Below, piece after piece: positions 61,058 through 64,000 of a stretch of DNA of 64,000 bases; the stretch's first letter is position 1; the number at the start of each line of letters is the position of its first letter. This stretch comes from Azolla caroliniana (Eukaryota; Plantae; Polypodiophyta), in assembly GCA_043228905.1 (NCBI GenBank), contig JBHGNT010000009.1, positions 12,152,001-12,216,000 on the forward strand. Reading direction: 5' to 3'. The translations under genes were made by a program, and so were the position numbers. The notes under the pieces were generated by a model, which saw only the letters and a list, made by a program, of their open reading frames with translations, had not been told where the DNA came from and made no database searches.

Positions 61058-64000
61058 TTACCCGGCCAGCAAAGGAGTTAAAGACCAGAATGTGAAAGGG
61101 ATTGTTTATTCGGAATCTATTACAATTAAGTAGTTTATGAGATGTGAACGGACAGACCGGAATCGGTATGCCGATCCGGATCCGGACCGGTTCCGAATAT
61201 GTGCTGGCTGGCAACATTTTGTACTCAGCACCGGTGACCTATATAAAGGCCCGGTTACAATGTAAAACTTTGACGGATAATTAATAGAGCTTCTTGTTTT
61301 ATCTTTAAGTGTTGATTAGCGTTCTATGCTAATTGTTCTATCATACACGTGTATCAAGTCTAATGCCATATTGCTAAGTAACCAATTAAAGTTTGAGTAA
61401 TCGTTGTGTCTTAAGTTATCTTGCCGTAACACCCTTTGGTGAAGTGTCTTCCGTAGACACCCTGTGTTAGGCCATTGTCTGGCCCTAAGGAATAACACAG
61501 TTTTTGGCGACAACAATTCCTGCACAATCGCAACGAACAACGGCGGGAATGGATGACTAGACCAACGAATGACCCGGTTACGGAGCGAGCAAGGAGACTT
61601 GTTGAACGACTGAGGAAGCGAGAGGCTTTCTAACAAGCGGCAAAAGAAATCAGAGCGGATGGCTCATTTTCCAAGGTAATCCGGAGAGTGGCCAAGGAGT
61701 CACTTCGTTCACAACAAAACGACTACCCGGACAAAGGAACTAGCCTAAGCAGCCTTCGGGAAGCGGAATCCCTTCTCCAGGCATTGGCTGCGGGCAAAGG
61801 CGAATCTGAAGCATTTTCGGCTTTTGAATCGGATTCGGAAGGGGAATACAACGCGCATACGAACTACCGCAGCAGTAATGACACCCCAAACAGACCGGAG
61901 GACGAGGAGTCGGATACCTTGCCAACACCGGAACCAGAATTGACAAGGCTGGAAACTTTGGCACCGGAAGTCGAGCAAACCCTGGAACCAGAAGTCGATG
62001 AAGAGAAACCTCCGACATCGGAAGTTGAGAAGGAGAGGCCTCCAACACCGAAAGAGGAACAAGAAAGACCCCCGACACCGAAAGAGGAGTGGGAAAGACC
62101 TCTGACGCTGACAGAGGAGGAGGAAATACCACCGACACCACCAGCCCACGTACCGACACCAGAAGACGATATGCCATTCCAATATCCTAGATACCGGGAT
62201 GATCCGGACGCGGAAGCCCACATCCATGTGTTTCAGCAGACCTACGAGGCAAACCATGTGTCCCAACTCTTAAATGTGGCCGAAGAGGAGCACTAAAAAA
62301 TGGTAGAGTTTGGCATGACCCTGGAGGGACTGGCCGCCAAATGGCACCAAACACAAGATCCCAGCACCATCCCCACATTTGAAGCATTAAAGACCAAATT
62401 CTTGCATTTCTTTCACAAGGAGATGGACCAACAAGAAATGGTAGGCCTATTTTACATTATCCGGCAAGAACCAACGGAGAACATTCAACAGTTTGTCATC
62501 TGGTTCTAGTGGATCCACAGTCAACACAGTCGGGCACCACCGGAGGAAGAAACAAAGGCAATATTCTTAGCAGCACTCCGGGAGCCCTTACGAACGGTGT
62601 GCAGCATCATTGATTTCCGCACCAGCAGCATAGATCAAGTGATCGACCGAGTTCAAGAAATGGAAAAATCAAGTTCATGGCTAACCATGGACGCACTTCA
62701 ACGTGCACTACCGATAGATGAGGACCTCCGATTTCGGCAAGCAATTCAATGTACGACATGCCTCAATGCCAGACATTCGGCGCTGAAATGCACCATGCGT
62801 TCCCAATCCTTGCTCTACCACTCCAGAAGTCACACAATGGAACGGTGTGAGTATAACTTGTTAAATCGGCAAGCACCACCAGTCCCGCAAATTGAACCAC
62901 AAAGCAACCGGGAGGAAGAAGAATGCTGGCAGCGAGAGGAGCGCTACCGGCCGGCACAAGATGTCTGGTACAACGATCGAAGAGACACTTATGACCGGTA
63001 TGATAGACAGGATAGATACCAGGACTATAATAGACGGTACGAGAGATACAACCGGGATCACTCCCCTGGTTATAACCAACAATGGGACGACTATGGCAAG
63101 TATGACGACCAACCCTGTCAAGGTTACCGAAACAAAAAGAATTTCAACAAGAAACGTCATTTCAACAAAAAGGGGGGTCATCCACGGGAACCGGAAAAGG
63201 GCGCTCCAAGCAACCAACCGGACCAAAACCAAGCACTTACCACAGGACCTCAACCGGGTGCGGGCACAAACGCCGAATCCAACAACACCCGGAAGGCGTA
63301 CTGCTATTATTGCCGGCAAGAAGGTCACTATAGTAACCAATATCCGATGAAGAGCTACGACAAGCGACCATCAGTGAACATGGTAGACGCGGAAGTCGCG
63401 GACTTACAACAAGTCACTACAAGATCAAAAGGCAAAGCCATGGAGTGGGAAACTCAAGAAGTCATCCGGAAGCAGGCAACCGAATGGGTGAAGAAGGCAA
63501 ACGAGCGGAATGTGGCAGAGCTCGAACAACAAAAGGAGAATGCCGAAGAGCTCACCGGCATAGGGCAGCCCCAAAACCCAACATGGCAGGCGTTACAAGA
63601 ATGCCAAATAACGTTGCGGTTAGGCCGGCTATTGCAACTTGTACCACGCTTCACGGAAGGACTAAAGATAAGAATGACGGCAACCGACACACCACCGGTT
63701 CCGGCATTCTTTTCAAATCCGGAGGAAGGACCGGCGGTAGTAGACACGAGCAGTCCGGCAATCACAGCCATCGTGAAAGGAAAAGAGCTACCCTGCACGA
63801 TTATCGATGGAGGATCCGGCGTGAATGTGATCAGCCTCTGAACGTGTAACACTCTAGGAATCCATGACTGGGAACCATGCCCGTTTTGGCTTCGGATGGC
63901 GGACACAAGCTCAGTACGGCTGACCGGATTAATACGTGATCTGGAAGTGACCATTGGGGGGTCACACATTTCTCATTTTGGCAATAGTTCTCCAGCTACA
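61058..64000 (+). mobile_element. Gypsy element (family of the outermost host): truncated 5' LTR, PBS, gag, protease; runs off the window
   Basis: LTR to ~61497, TGGCGAC at 61505, gag 61688-63841 in one frame with stops (zinc-knuckle-like CTTCLNARHSALKC and CYYCRQEGHYSNQ), protease IIDGGSGVNVIS. Confidence 0.9.

Noticed and set aside
51581-61497. Large inverted repeat suggesting a TIR or DIRS-like element enclosing Copia fragments
   Set aside because: Both arms are LTRs of one Gypsy family, each followed outward by its own gag. They are two independent insertions in opposite orientation.

Overview
Eukaryotic heterochromatin-like DNA made almost entirely of nested transposable elements. A non-seed land plant (fern/lycophyte/moss type) is inferred from the plant tRNA primer sites, spliceosomal introns and element types. 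No intact host gene is visible. Target-site duplications and split ORFs resolve 3590-52210 as one minus-strand Gypsy host carrying up to four further layers. These layers are an L1 LINE, a tRNA-Trp-primed gag-only LTR element, a Tcn1/Tf1-like chromovirus, a ~30 kb (about 12 kb net) two-gene Sola-like DNA transposon, an autonomous Trp-primed Gypsy, a Reina-like chromovirus and a very recent gag-only element. Decayed Copia and Gypsy pieces fill 52211-64000. The standout is 1-2772: a spliced, pseudogenised gene for a ParB/Srx-like domain fused to a bacterial/phage-type beta-class amino (N6-adenine/N4-cytosine) DNA methyltransferase, which appears to be transposon cargo. Other notable signals are 4-bp NCGN target duplications for the Trp-primed family, two candidate -1 frameshift cassettes, a self-priming PBS, antisense tRNA-like modules in LTRs, and dense AGTACT(AA) arrays in the non-coding parts of the Sola-like element. 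All calls come from reading by eye; no alignments or database searches were run.
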